From a virus (taxonomy: Duplodnaviria; Caudoviricetes), in IMG/VR virus record IMGVR_UViG_3300025133_000020: a stretch of 64,000 bases of DNA. One strand, 5' to 3'. This document shows, piece by piece, positions 10,804-21,623 of the stretch. Below the pieces are notes generated by a model. That model did not search any database. It was given only the letters and a program-made list of their open reading frames with translations, and was not told the origin of the DNA. The translations under genes and the position numbers were made by a program. Positions within the stretch are counted from its first letter, which is position 1, and each line of letters begins with the position of its first letter.

Positions 10804-13547
10804 TGGCAGAGAATCCTAGAATAAGAGTACCTGGATACGCTCAGAGGGTTTTCTTCAATGACGGAATTGAATATAGAAACTTCTCTGATAGTCTTGTCGG
10901 TAACCAATTGACCGATGAGGGTGGCTTGCCGTTGTTCACAATGGGGAACTTCACGGTTACAACTAACCTTGACCCAAGCGTTAGTATCACCCATAATACA
11001 GGTGGTTACGGTCCTTTCTATGACCTATCCACTCTTGATGTAACTGATAGTGAAACAGCGTTATTATTGAATGATAATGCAACCGCAAGGTTGAATTTGG
11101 ATGATAGTAATCTGTTGAATCACGCATATTTCGGTTCATTAACGGAATTCGTTAGAGTCAATTTAGAAGAGATTATAACTAATTGGGTGGCATCCATTTA
11201 TATGACACCAATTGTAACGTTACCTAATGGTTTAGAAACCACAGGGTACACCGTAACCAATTATTTATACGATGCTAACACTAACACGTCAACATTCAAC
11301 GTACCGTACCAAACAATCATAAACAACTATGAAATTAATTATTTGGTTGAAGGTTCCATTGTGAATACCTTTAATGAGGGTAATGATTTACGTAATATGA
11401 CAGTTAACTACTTGAGTTATAGTGTATTATTGGATAATCTGGAGTATGATGTATTAGCATTTACTGGTTTAACTAATTCTGACTCTGGTAGTCTGTCCTT
11501 CCAAGTGGAAGGTGACCCATTTGCTCTTTCAGCTAATTCGGCTAACCAATTCGTAAAGTACCACATCAAACCAAATAAGGTAGAGGAAGATAAGTTTTTC
11601 AATAACTTACCAGACTTCCAAAAGAGTTTATTGAATACTATAGTTAAGCCTAAGTACACAATAACATTCAGGTACCCAGTTGAGAGTGATGATGGTATAA
11701 TTCTATACCAAACAACTAAACTTAAGTGGACAACAACTGATGGGTATAATTTGGACTTTAATACTCCAGAATATACAGAATACGTTAATCAACTAATTGA
11801 GTTATCTGAACTAACAGACCTATCCAAGTCTGACCTTATTGTAAGGTTCTTGACGGCTGATTCAATCAGTGAGTTCGATACGATACCACAGTGTGATGGT
11901 AGTGAGGATGAAACTGCCGCACAAAAGGTTACCAAGACCTTAAGGGTGTATGGTAGAGAGTTTGATGATATTAAACGATATATAGATGGTATCGCATTTG
12001 CTAATGTGGTAACGTATAATAAGCGAGATAATACGCCAGACCTTGTTCTGAAGAATCTAGCCAGAGTTATGGGTTGGGACTTAGTTTCCAGCATTCTGGA
12101 GAACAATCTATTGGCTAACTACGTAACAACACCAAGAGCATCATTCTCTGGTCAAAGTAGAGGTCTGACCCCTATTGAATCGGAGTATGAGATGTGGAGA
12201 AGGTTGATAATGAACACGCCTTGGATTTGGAAGTCCAAAGGTCAAAGAAAGGTTATTGAGTTCTTAACTCAATTCATTGGTGCGCCAGATGGTTTGATGG
12301 AATTCAACGAACACGTATATGTAGCTTCTGCACCATTGGATATTGACCTATTTAGAGAGGTGTTAAGATTGAATAATCTTGATACTGACTTATCACTGTA
12401 TAATATTGACGAGGATGGGTTCCCTATTGTTAGACCTGATAATAGAGATATGTACTTCCAAAAAGGTGGTGGGTGGTACCGTGAAACTGGTGGCGCTAAT
12501 GCTGGAAAGTATATTCTTGATGGTAATAACCCTCACTCAGGTCCTTACGACAGAGGACAGGAATTCATAAATCAATTCAGAGGATTGATACCAGATTTCG
12601 AACCAGTTACGGTAACGGCAACAACAACAGAAACTGGTACTCAGACGCTATTCACTAACTATAACCAAGGTCTTGTGAATAATTACACTGGTAATACCTA
12701 CGTTGATGTTAGCGCTGATGGTTACGATGTATCTAACTGCATAGTAATAGATTCTTACGTGATTGAAGACCCTAACCCAACAGATGAGGTTAATGACTGT
12801 GGTTGTGATATTGCAACGAACGATGACTCAATTCAAATTGATATTGCGTTCACTGGTAATACGGTAGACCCATGTCCTACATTATATGCTAATGGGTATC
12901 CTAATACGCCAGATGGTTTTAGTGGTGTGACAAGCAATGGTTTCTATGTATTCCAATACCCATTATATGATATTGATGGTGTAACACCAAACGTACTGTA
13001 CCCATTCTATAACAGTCCATTTATACGACCTGATTGTTGTAGTGGAACTACTGGTGACGGGTACTCTATGGATTATACTGATTTGACCATATATGATGAC
13101 GAATCACAACCACAACCTACACTTCCAAGTGAGATAATAGGATTGGGTTATGTTCCATATACTCAAAATGGTAGCATATGCTGTAGGGTAACTAACGGTG
13201 TATACGTAGATGATTGTATATGCTTTGCTACTTGCAATTGGAGATTAACAGGTACCACATTCAATGATTACACAGTATCCATTGGTGGTGAGACGTATCT
13301 ACATTTTGTTGACCCACAAGGTGGTGATAGAGTTGTTAGTCCTGACGGATGTAATTGTATACACCCATCAGTGGCGACATCAGGTGTGATAGACCCATTT
13401 ACTGGAGAAGAAGGTTTCGGTTGTAAATTAGACATAAATGATTGGGGTGAGACCCATTTAATGACAACTAGTTATAAAGATAGGCTTGATAGGATTATTG
13501 GATGTACTGAAGATAATTTCCTAACGCCAGAAACGTTACCAGAATAA
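10803..13547 (+). CDS. putative baseplate/tail structural protein
   Basis: 914 aa; WRRLIMNTPWIWKSKG...IEFL segment reminiscent of baseplate wedge proteins; Cys-rich C-terminus. Confidence 0.55.
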   Translation: MAENPRIRVPGYAQRVFFNDGIEYRNFSDSLVGNQLTDEGGLPLFTMGNFTVTTNLDPSVSITHNTGGYGPFYDLSTLDVTDSETALLLNDNATARLNLDDSNLLNHAYFGSLTEFVRVNLEEIITNWVASIYMTPIVTLPNGLETTGYTVTNYLYDANTNTSTFNVPYQTIINNYEINYLVEGSIVNTFNEGNDLRNMTVNYLSYSVLLDNLEYDVLAFTGLTNSDSGSLSFQVEGDPFALSANSANQFVKYHIKPNKVEEDKFFNNLPDFQKSLLNTIVKPKYTITFRYPVESDDGIILYQTTKLKWTTTDGYNLDFNTPEYTEYVNQLIELSELTDLSKSDLIVRFLTADSISEFDTIPQCDGSEDETAAQKVTKTLRVYGREFDDIKRYIDGIAFANVVTYNKRDNTPDLVLKNLARVMGWDLVSSILENNLLANYVTTPRASFSGQSRGLTPIESEYEMWRRLIMNTPWIWKSKGQRKVIEFLTQFIGAPDGLMEFNEHVYVASAPLDIDLFREVLRLNNLDTDLSLYNIDEDGFPIVRPDNRDMYFQKGGGWYRETGGANAGKYILDGNNPHSGPYDRGQEFINQFRGLIPDFEPVTVTATTTETGTQTLFTNYNQGLVNNYTGNTYVDVSADGYDVSNCIVIDSYVIEDPNPTDEVNDCGCDIATNDDSIQIDIAFTGNTVDPCPTLYANGYPNTPDGFSGVTSNGFYVFQYPLYDIDGVTPNVLYPFYNSPFIRPDCCSGTTGDGYSMDYTDLTIYDDESQPQPTLPSEIIGLGYVPYTQNGSICCRVTNGVYVDDCICFATCNWRLTGTTFNDYTVSIGGETYLHFVDPQGGDRVVSPDGCNCIHPSVATSGVIDPFTGEEGFGCKLDINDWGETHLMTTSYKDRLDRIIGCTEDNFLTPETLPE

Positions 13548-13571
13548 TGAAGAAGAATATATTTAAGATTA

Positions 13572-16500
13572 ATGCCTATACCTAACATAAACGAATACGG
13601 ATACCAAGGGTGCCTTTTTATTGGTTCAGATTATACAGTTATTGACCGACTACCTGATGGTACGGTTGAGGCTCATGTTGATTTGAATCAAGGGAATGGA
13701 CCAGAAGATTGGTTCCCAACACCTATTGGGACGTTTTGTTGTGGACTATTGAATGCTTCAACCGACCCAAATTCTGAATATTATGGTGGGCTATTATACC
13801 CTCAACTATCTGGACATACCTATACTTGGGATGAAGATAGACAAGAATGTCGTTGGCAGCAATATGTGGACTGTAATGCCCTACCACCATTTAGTGTGGT
13901 ATTGAACCCACAAGATAACTCTGGTGCTCTATTTGAGGTTCAACCAGAGGAAACCTGTGAATTGAATGTTGAGTTCGATTATATGTTTAAATTCGACTGT
14001 CAAGATATTATGGACGTTCAAGCGGATAGCGTATCAGACACACTTACTAACCTATATAATGACCTTGATTTGGCTACTAATGAATGTATCTCTAGACAAG
14101 AAGAATTAGATAACCTTCCATTTGGTTGGAATTATGTTCTTGAATATAATGGGTTTGACCCTAATACTCCATTACCATCTATATATTTTTGTGTTACGGA
14201 AGCTGGACTACCACTATTAGAATCTACGATTAATGACGTTTACGGTGCTGGCTACTGGGATATTTATTTATCGGGGGGTATAAACATCTACGAAATTGAC
14301 CCAGCAGTAGTATGGCTTATGGTAATAGCTAATAGTGAAAATCAAAACCTATTTTTAGAAGAATGTACTGAAGATGGACTTCAATTATTAGATGATTCCA
14401 TAGTTTGGTTAACAACACGTGATGGTCTTATTCAAGACTTGGAGGATTGTGGGAACACGATAACCCTACTAAACGAACAGATAAATCTAATTCTAAACCA
14501 AAATGCTGAGAATTGTATATACGCTATTGACACCTTCGAAGAGTTGGTTGTTAATATGGCTATTGATATCCAAGACCCAACACAGCCTAATGTGGTTAAT
14601 ACGGTATACACTGAAGAAATCTTCAATATCGGTGCTGGTAATTTGGTTAATTACATGGCAACTAACGCACAAAACCCTATGTATATAGACGGTTTTGATT
14701 GGAGAACGTGTGATTTTGACGAATGTGATAGTTTGGCTACCATATTAGTACAACAAATGATTGACCAAGCACTTGAGGGTGGTTTATTGAGTGGAACTAC
14801 ATATTACTCGCAATATAATCAATTGATTGACTTAGTTGGTACCTTTGGTCCTACTTGGTTCCATTATAGTGGTACCATCAGTGACCCAGCTATCATAAGT
14901 GGGATAACTGGTCAAGATATTAATCTTAGTTTACAGATTGCTGATTCATGTGTTAACTTCTCAATACTATTAGACCAAATTGAGTTGAATAAGGTATGTG
15001 AGAGGGTAGTAAACAACGAAATAATAGTTAATACGAACCCATCATTCGATATTCGAAAGGAATGTGATAATAAGAAATCATGGGTAGTTATGGATACCCC
15101 AGAAGAAAGGGATTATACATTATTCATGCGTAATACTGATTACGATGTGAATGATAGTAGATTGGTTCTGAATACCAAAGAGATTGACCTTAATGTGTCA
15201 ATTGATAATGGTATCGAGACTGACGTGTGGTGTTATGTTAATGATAATCCATGTATCTTGGAACCATGCGGTGATGTAACAACTACGGTAATAACAAGTG
15301 GAACATGTGTTGCCCCTATAACTGGTGTTACAAACTGGACTGGTGGTACAACCGCATTACCAAGCGTTAATCTTGGTACTGACCCACAATATGCTGGTAG
15401 TTTACTTAGAATACAACAAGCTGGTGATGGTACAATAGCGTCAAGCGCTTTCACCACAGAATATAGTGGTTGTAGTTTTGTGCATAAAATTGATAGGTCT
15501 TTCACAGTACCTTGGAGATTTACTGGTAGTTGGATTGTAGGTCAAGATGATGGTATGGTATACTGGTACCTGAATCAAACTATTTCAGGTAATACTGACC
15601 TTACTAGATATTATGGTGATACACTAACCCAAACTAATTGTAACGATATTGGTACAGCCATTACAGCTTACAACACATTCAACGGTACTGATTATCAAAC
15701 CATATATTGGGATGGGGTTGGATGTGTATTCGACCAAGTACTTACAGGTGCAACTACTGCAACTACTATTACTGATGATTGTTGTTGTGATATACCACCA
15801 TTAAGTGGAACGAATATTACAGGTGGAACCGTAGCGTTACCACCTACTGGAACGTCAGTACCTTGTTCTATAACAACTGGTGATACTGGTCCTGGTGGTG
15901 GACTAGTATTCTGGCTTGACCCTAATAACCCATGTCAAGGATTGGAAATGAATGTTGCCGATTTAAGTACCAGTACTCGTTGGTCACCAGTTGTGGTGTC
16001 ACCAACTTTCATTTGGGCAGATAATAATGGTTTATTTTCGGGGCAGACCAATACTGACATAATTGTGAATGAGTACCCAGTTCCACCTAACCTTGCTTAT
16101 GCTGCATCATTATGTGATGATTTGGTGAATGGTGGTCAAAATGATTGGTATCTACCTAACGTAACGGAGTGGGATTTAATGTACGATGCTTTAGCAGGGT
16201 TACCACCTACGATATACAGTGGTGGAACGTATTGGACATCATTAGAGGTTTACAAAGATGATTCAGCTAATTATAATGCTGCCACAGGTGTAGAGAGTAC
16301 TGTAAATAAGGGTAACCTTTATGCGGTTAAAGCTATTCGAAGGTTTGAATTATACCCATGTGATGAACCATTAACCGTCTTGACCAACGCCACTAGTTTT
16401 GAACAAGAAGGTGTTGATTGTTCTTCTTGGATTTACAAGTTTAATATTGCTCCACAACCATCACCAGATTTCATTGGTTACTGGGTTGCTGGTATGCCAG

Positions 16501-17294
16501 ATGGTACCGTGGGAGTATTCGAACAGGTAATTATTTCAGGGGTTACAGCCAGTACGTTAGATTATACACCATGGGTGACACAAGAATGTTGTGAGGATTT
16601 CAATACTGCAATACAGAACTATGCTACGGTTGAGAATATGGGTGACCATTTAATCGAATTCAAATGGGATGCTAACTGTGAGCAATGTAAGTTCACTAAG
16701 TGTGAGAAACCACAATGTGTAGATTTCACAGAACTACTGACTTCACCCGTAACTGGTATAACAACCGTTAAAGCTTTTAACGATGTGATTACCAGTGAGT
16801 TAATAAATGCTAGATGTAGGCAAACAAGCTCATCATACCCAACACTTAGAGCGTTGTATGAGAGATATATGAATTCAACTGAGTACTGTGACACACAAAG
16901 TTCGGCATTTGATTACTTTACCATGAGTGATTTTGGTAATTTGGTTGGGACTTATTGGGTAGACCTATTTGAGCAAGTAATACCAAGTACAACTATTTGG
17001 TGTGCTAACCATATCCACGGTAATACAATATATGACCAACAGAAGTTCAAATATAGAGGTCATTCATTATACCCATGTGGTATAGATGCCAATAGTGGTG
17101 CCCCAGTTGAGGCTCCTACGGGTTTCACTTGGACAGCTTCAGGTGCGGCAGATGTGGATATTTATACGATAAGTAATGATGAGGTATGTACAATTAATAC
17201 TACATGTACTTCAGGGGTATACTATATAACGGGTGATTGTGGTTCAGAATTTTTAGGAAGGGTGACCGATACGCCAGCAATAATTAGTCCATAA
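13572..17294 (+). CDS. large structural/tail fibre-like protein with DUF1566 (Lcl-C)-like domain
   Basis: GDTGPGGGLVFWLD...YAASLCDDLVNGGQNDWYLPNVTEW...YWTS segment; 1240 aa. Confidence 0.65.
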   Translation: MPIPNINEYGYQGCLFIGSDYTVIDRLPDGTVEAHVDLNQGNGPEDWFPTPIGTFCCGLLNASTDPNSEYYGGLLYPQLSGHTYTWDEDRQECRWQQYVDCNALPPFSVVLNPQDNSGALFEVQPEETCELNVEFDYMFKFDCQDIMDVQADSVSDTLTNLYNDLDLATNECISRQEELDNLPFGWNYVLEYNGFDPNTPLPSIYFCVTEAGLPLLESTINDVYGAGYWDIYLSGGINIYEIDPAVVWLMVIANSENQNLFLEECTEDGLQLLDDSIVWLTTRDGLIQDLEDCGNTITLLNEQINLILNQNAENCIYAIDTFEELVVNMAIDIQDPTQPNVVNTVYTEEIFNIGAGNLVNYMATNAQNPMYIDGFDWRTCDFDECDSLATILVQQMIDQALEGGLLSGTTYYSQYNQLIDLVGTFGPTWFHYSGTISDPAIISGITGQDINLSLQIADSCVNFSILLDQIELNKVCERVVNNEIIVNTNPSFDIRKECDNKKSWVVMDTPEERDYTLFMRNTDYDVNDSRLVLNTKEIDLNVSIDNGIETDVWCYVNDNPCILEPCGDVTTTVITSGTCVAPITGVTNWTGGTTALPSVNLGTDPQYAGSLLRIQQAGDGTIASSAFTTEYSGCSFVHKIDRSFTVPWRFTGSWIVGQDDGMVYWYLNQTISGNTDLTRYYGDTLTQTNCNDIGTAITAYNTFNGTDYQTIYWDGVGCVFDQVLTGATTATTITDDCCCDIPPLSGTNITGGTVALPPTGTSVPCSITTGDTGPGGGLVFWLDPNNPCQGLEMNVADLSTSTRWSPVVVSPTFIWADNNGLFSGQTNTDIIVNEYPVPPNLAYAASLCDDLVNGGQNDWYLPNVTEWDLMYDALAGLPPTIYSGGTYWTSLEVYKDDSANYNAATGVESTVNKGNLYAVKAIRRFELYPCDEPLTVLTNATSFEQEGVDCSSWIYKFNIAPQPSPDFIGYWVAGMPDGTVGVFEQVIISGVTASTLDYTPWVTQECCEDFNTAIQNYATVENMGDHLIEFKWDANCEQCKFTKCEKPQCVDFTELLTSPVTGITTVKAFNDVITSELINARCRQTSSSYPTLRALYERYMNSTEYCDTQSSAFDYFTMSDFGNLVGTYWVDLFEQVIPSTTIWCANHIHGNTIYDQQKFKYRGHSLYPCGIDANSGAPVEAPTGFTWTASGAADVDIYTISNDEVCTINTTCTSGVYYITGDCGSEFLGRVTDTPAIISP

Positions 17295-17309
17295 TGATAT
17301 TTATAGAAT

Positions 17310-17552
17310 ATGCCTAAACTAATACGAAATATAACAGGTTCTATCTACTTACCAGAGAGTGGTTCGGTTCATTTTACCAAATTCATTGAGGGTCAACTTG
17401 GACAAGGGGATTACTTTAAAGTTTTTGGGTTGGAAATGTTCCAACAAGACTTCAGTAGAGTGGAAGACTCTGAATCGTTGAATAAACCAATTAACTTCGG
17501 ATTGAAAAATCAATTCCGAAAAACTGTTGTGAACTTAAGTATAGATAAATAA
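17310..17552 (+). CDS. small hypothetical protein
   Basis: preceded by ATATTTATA (17297-17305); coupled to next gene. Confidence 0.6.
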   Translation: MPKLIRNITGSIYLPESGSVHFTKFIEGQLGQGDYFKVFGLEMFQQDFSRVEDSESLNKPINFGLKNQFRKTVVNLSIDK

Positions 17553-19444
17553 TGAGACACCAAGAGAGAATATATTTGCAGAGCAACGTGGAGTGTCTTA
17601 GGAATAAGACCACAATGAGTGTTAATTGTAGTGGTGATATCGATACGTTTGATTTTCCTACATGGCAACTTAAAGGTAGTGACTATGAGAATACCTGTGT
17701 GGTAGAGGAAGTGTCATTCTCTGGTATCAACTATCAGGATATATTGGATATTGCGGTATCAGCATGTACCAGCGCATCAACTTGTTTGAGTAGTGTGACT
17801 TGGAGCTTGACCGTTAAAGAGGACTCAGAGGTCGTTTACGATGGCTCTACGGGCACAACTAGTATTTTCTGGACTGGATATACAGGAACAGGAGATACGC
17901 CAACAGAACCCTTTATACAGAGCGCCTTATATGATGCTTTCACATCATTAGGGTATGATTTCTATAATACTGGTATGTTATACTACATTAGGAAACCATA
18001 TGGTACGGCTTTATTAGAGGTTGATGCCTGTTTGGATATTGAGTTAAGTGTTGGTGTGGGTCCTTGTACTGGTGGTACCTGTTCGGCTACATGCGTTAAT
18101 ATGGCAAGTCAGGTATACCCTGTTTTAACGGAGAGTAGTGATTCAGTAAAGATTATAAATGATGAGGTGGGTGAGGATAGTATTGACCTTCTTTTTGTAT
18201 TCCACGACCCAACCGTATTTGATGCTCCAAGAAATGGTAAATTCAGGTACGAAATATTCAAATACAATAAGGTATCATCAAGGTTCGGTAAACCAATCGT
18301 ATATACGGGTGGATGGTATGGTAGAGCCGAAGTACCTACCAATAATAAAACGGAGACGATACCAACACTTAATTTGAAATTGGATGGTGACTACATCGTC
18401 AAGGGATATTGGCAAGCAGATGTTACTACTGAATACAGAAGTGAGCTTGGAGATAAGATTAACACCTCATTCAATACGGCAGGCGCAGAAGCGGCAAGAT
18501 ATGACAGAGATTATGACCAGTATTTCATAGCTAATTATTCAGCCAGTACACCAGTATTCTCATTGAATAATGTGGGCTTCCCTACAATAGGTGGGTTAAG
18601 AGTAATCAGCTTTATTGCCAATGGTACAACCGATACATTCCAATTGGAAGGTGACCTTGGTAAAACTACCCCTATAGTAAATCTTAATGGTTCTACTATG
18701 GCTTGGCAATTGGACTACACATTGACGGTAATCAATGTGAGTGGTAGTACGACAACGAGTTTAACATTCCTAGACCCTATAATATCAGGTGACGTTATCA
18801 CATACAGCTACGCTAGTGATGGTATGTCAAATAGGTTCAGAAACGATGTTATAAATGTAGATACCACTATTGTATCTGGAACCACAGGCGCTCAAGGTGA
18901 TAATAACCCATACTACAATACAACAGAGAGTAAGTATGAGATTTACTGCACGTTAATCCCAGTAAACCCAAGAGAGTTATACGTTACCATCAATGGTGTT
19001 ACATTAGCTAATAACATTGACTATTACCAATCGATAACAGACCCTAAGAGGATTATATTAGAAGGTGACATTTATGTTGGTGACATCATAAATATATTCT
19101 ACATGTCCTACGCTGAGGTCAGTGATAATATTTGGTTTAACCCACAAAAGATTATGTGGACAATAACCAGACCACCACAAGAGGTGAATGGTCTATTCAC
19201 TGTGGAAGTTGCTGAGAATAAAGCTTTCAGTGCTATAACACAGACTGCCACAACCGATTACGTGGTTGGGTATATAGATTACGAAGCTAGCATATCGTTC
19301 AGTGGTACTGTTGGTGACTCGTACTACTATAGAATTAAGAATGAGAAAAATTACGAAAGTATGTGTGGGGATGTGATAAGTTCCGAAGCATACAGTGAAG
19401 TGGTACGAATAAATGTTATGGATAATTCCATTAATTCCTATTAA
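17552..19444 (+). CDS. putative virion structural protein
   Basis: 630 aa beta-rich; C-terminal Fn3/Ig-like pattern (YYYRIKNEK). Confidence 0.55.
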   Translation: MRHQERIYLQSNVECLRNKTTMSVNCSGDIDTFDFPTWQLKGSDYENTCVVEEVSFSGINYQDILDIAVSACTSASTCLSSVTWSLTVKEDSEVVYDGSTGTTSIFWTGYTGTGDTPTEPFIQSALYDAFTSLGYDFYNTGMLYYIRKPYGTALLEVDACLDIELSVGVGPCTGGTCSATCVNMASQVYPVLTESSDSVKIINDEVGEDSIDLLFVFHDPTVFDAPRNGKFRYEIFKYNKVSSRFGKPIVYTGGWYGRAEVPTNNKTETIPTLNLKLDGDYIVKGYWQADVTTEYRSELGDKINTSFNTAGAEAARYDRDYDQYFIANYSASTPVFSLNNVGFPTIGGLRVISFIANGTTDTFQLEGDLGKTTPIVNLNGSTMAWQLDYTLTVINVSGSTTTSLTFLDPIISGDVITYSYASDGMSNRFRNDVINVDTTIVSGTTGAQGDNNPYYNTTESKYEIYCTLIPVNPRELYVTINGVTLANNIDYYQSITDPKRIILEGDIYVGDIINIFYMSYAEVSDNIWFNPQKIMWTITRPPQEVNGLFTVEVAENKAFSAITQTATTDYVVGYIDYEASISFSGTVGDSYYYRIKNEKNYESMCGDVISSEAYSEVVRINVMDNSINSY

Positions 19445-19498
19445 TAAAGGTTTACTTCACGCTATTTATAATTAAACTAACTAACATAAGATAGAGAC

Positions 19499-21622
19499 AT
19501 GAGTTACATAATAAACAATACCAGCCCATACGCCAGCATAAAACTGACTGAAAAAGGTCGAGAGCGATTAGCATTAGGACAATTGAATTTTTCCTATTGG
19601 GCTATTGGTGACTCTGAAATCAATTATGATAGAGAATTGTTATACGATGATGCTGACCCATCAGGTCCATACACTAACGTATCAGGGGCAACTAGGATTT
19701 TAAGACCCAAAGACCAACAACCAAACATTAAGTCGTTCATAACCAAAGATAACGCTACCAATCTGCAAACTATGCAGCCAGCAAATATCGAAGTTATCAA
19801 AGCTGTTGTTAATAACGAAGCAGACGAACGAGGATTCTTTAATTACACTGGTAGTTCATTTACAACTTTAAGTAGTACAACGTATATAGTTGATTCTCAA
19901 ATGGTTAGCAGTGTAGTATTTACAGGTGGAACACAATTGTGTATTTCAGGGTTGACCTATGATGTGGGTGACCGTTTACTAATCAAATATATTAACCCTA
20001 CGGTAACAGGGCAAACAGCTTTTAGTAACGTATTAGCTTTACCTAACCTATGGTATCAGATTGAGACCAGTGGTGTGACTTGTTTTGATGTTGACAGAGA
20101 CTTACCAGATTTCAGTGGTTTCACTGGGATGTGTCAAGTAATTGTTTACCCAAGCGGAGAAGTTTGGGATATTTACGGTAGTTCTTCAGTCCCTTATTGG
20201 GATAATGGAACACTAAGTTTTGACGCATGTTGTAACGTATCGTGTAGTGATGTTCCTATTTGGAATCAGAATAACGTATGGTGTGAAGACCCTGCGGGAT
20301 TTAGTTCTGGTTTAACTTATGAGCATTATTGGGATTTCGGTTCTTACGACTACTTGGGTCAAAAATACCCATATCTGTGGTATACTTGCCAAGAGGATGG
20401 TACAACAGGTGATATAATCTGTGAAACACCAGGACAATCAACAGTTGACTCTATTAGAAAATCAATTGGTATATTACATTACACAAATAATGTGGTATCA
20501 AACGTTTATGGAGAATTCTTCTATATCGACACAGCTAACAATAAGACGGTGATAGTGGACGTACCTGATTTAATGTGGCATAGAAGAGGTTTCTCAACGG
20601 CTTCAGGTACTACTATGGGTATGAGGTTTGTTGCCAGTGGTGCCACACAGTATATACCTAATAGTGAGATAGAATATGTACCGTTGATTGAAGACCCAAC
20701 GGTTATCAGTGTACCAAAAACGGTGGGTAAAGTATTCCCACAACTTAAGACGATTGTATTCGATGATGATGAGATTGTAATGGCTACGTCATATAAGGCA
20801 AATAGAAACTGGACATTACCAGCGTTGTCGGCTACGTTACAGGCACCACAAGCTGGTGGTAGTGGAGTACTGGAAACAGATAAAACAATGTACTTGACCT
20901 ATATCTTGGATACTGAGGTTTCAGGTGGTACAAGTGGTTTGACGACACCGATAAATTGCCAATATTACACTAAGATAAGTAATACGACACCTACGATTAA
21001 GGATGTTGACTTCAAAATTAATGCGGTAGACCTTTTACCATACATGAGGAAGATTGAAAACATCGATTATGATGGGTTAGGTTTCTACGCATACAACTTC
21101 AAGGTGTTATGGCAAATCGTTGACGAGCCAGAGGATAGACCAATAGCGCATCTATGGAACGAGTTCGATTACACTTCAAGTGCTATAACAAGTACGGTAG
21201 GTGAAACGATAGACCCAATAGCATTGGAGAATCAAAACCCAGTGGTAAATGGTTTCTTGGTTGATGGTGACGTGGCTACAGGTAGTACTATATTTGATAT
21301 TATCCCTACTCTTAACTTACCACTTAATGTGGATAACGAGAAGTTACAGTTAGGTGATGAGAGATTCTTCTATGGTAATGTCGGAGCATACATTGGGGCG
21401 ACTATATTTAAGACCTTATTCAAGGTGAATATAGAGGCGAGTGATTTTATTTACACGAGTAATCCAACTAGAACATTAGACCCTAACGAAGCAGCCATCA
21501 GAATAAGTGAGATTGGTATATATGATAGTGATAGTAATCTGGTAGTTATAGCTAAGATGTCAAAACCAATGCTATTGGAAAATAGTAACACAATTAACGC
21601 AGAATTATCAATAGACTTCTAA
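19499..21622 (+). CDS. tail collar/baseplate-type structural protein
   Basis: N-terminal KLTEKGRERL...AIGDSEINY and C-terminal ISEIGIYD...VIAKMSKP; paralog of next gene. Confidence 0.65.
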   Translation: MSYIINNTSPYASIKLTEKGRERLALGQLNFSYWAIGDSEINYDRELLYDDADPSGPYTNVSGATRILRPKDQQPNIKSFITKDNATNLQTMQPANIEVIKAVVNNEADERGFFNYTGSSFTTLSSTTYIVDSQMVSSVVFTGGTQLCISGLTYDVGDRLLIKYINPTVTGQTAFSNVLALPNLWYQIETSGVTCFDVDRDLPDFSGFTGMCQVIVYPSGEVWDIYGSSSVPYWDNGTLSFDACCNVSCSDVPIWNQNNVWCEDPAGFSSGLTYEHYWDFGSYDYLGQKYPYLWYTCQEDGTTGDIICETPGQSTVDSIRKSIGILHYTNNVVSNVYGEFFYIDTANNKTVIVDVPDLMWHRRGFSTASGTTMGMRFVASGATQYIPNSEIEYVPLIEDPTVISVPKTVGKVFPQLKTIVFDDDEIVMATSYKANRNWTLPALSATLQAPQAGGSGVLETDKTMYLTYILDTEVSGGTSGLTTPINCQYYTKISNTTPTIKDVDFKINAVDLLPYMRKIENIDYDGLGFYAYNFKVLWQIVDEPEDRPIAHLWNEFDYTSSAITSTVGETIDPIALENQNPVVNGFLVDGDVATGSTIFDIIPTLNLPLNVDNEKLQLGDERFFYGNVGAYIGATIFKTLFKVNIEASDFIYTSNPTRTLDPNEAAIRISEIGIYDSDSNLVVIAKMSKPMLLENSNTINAELSIDF

Positions 21623-21623
21623 G

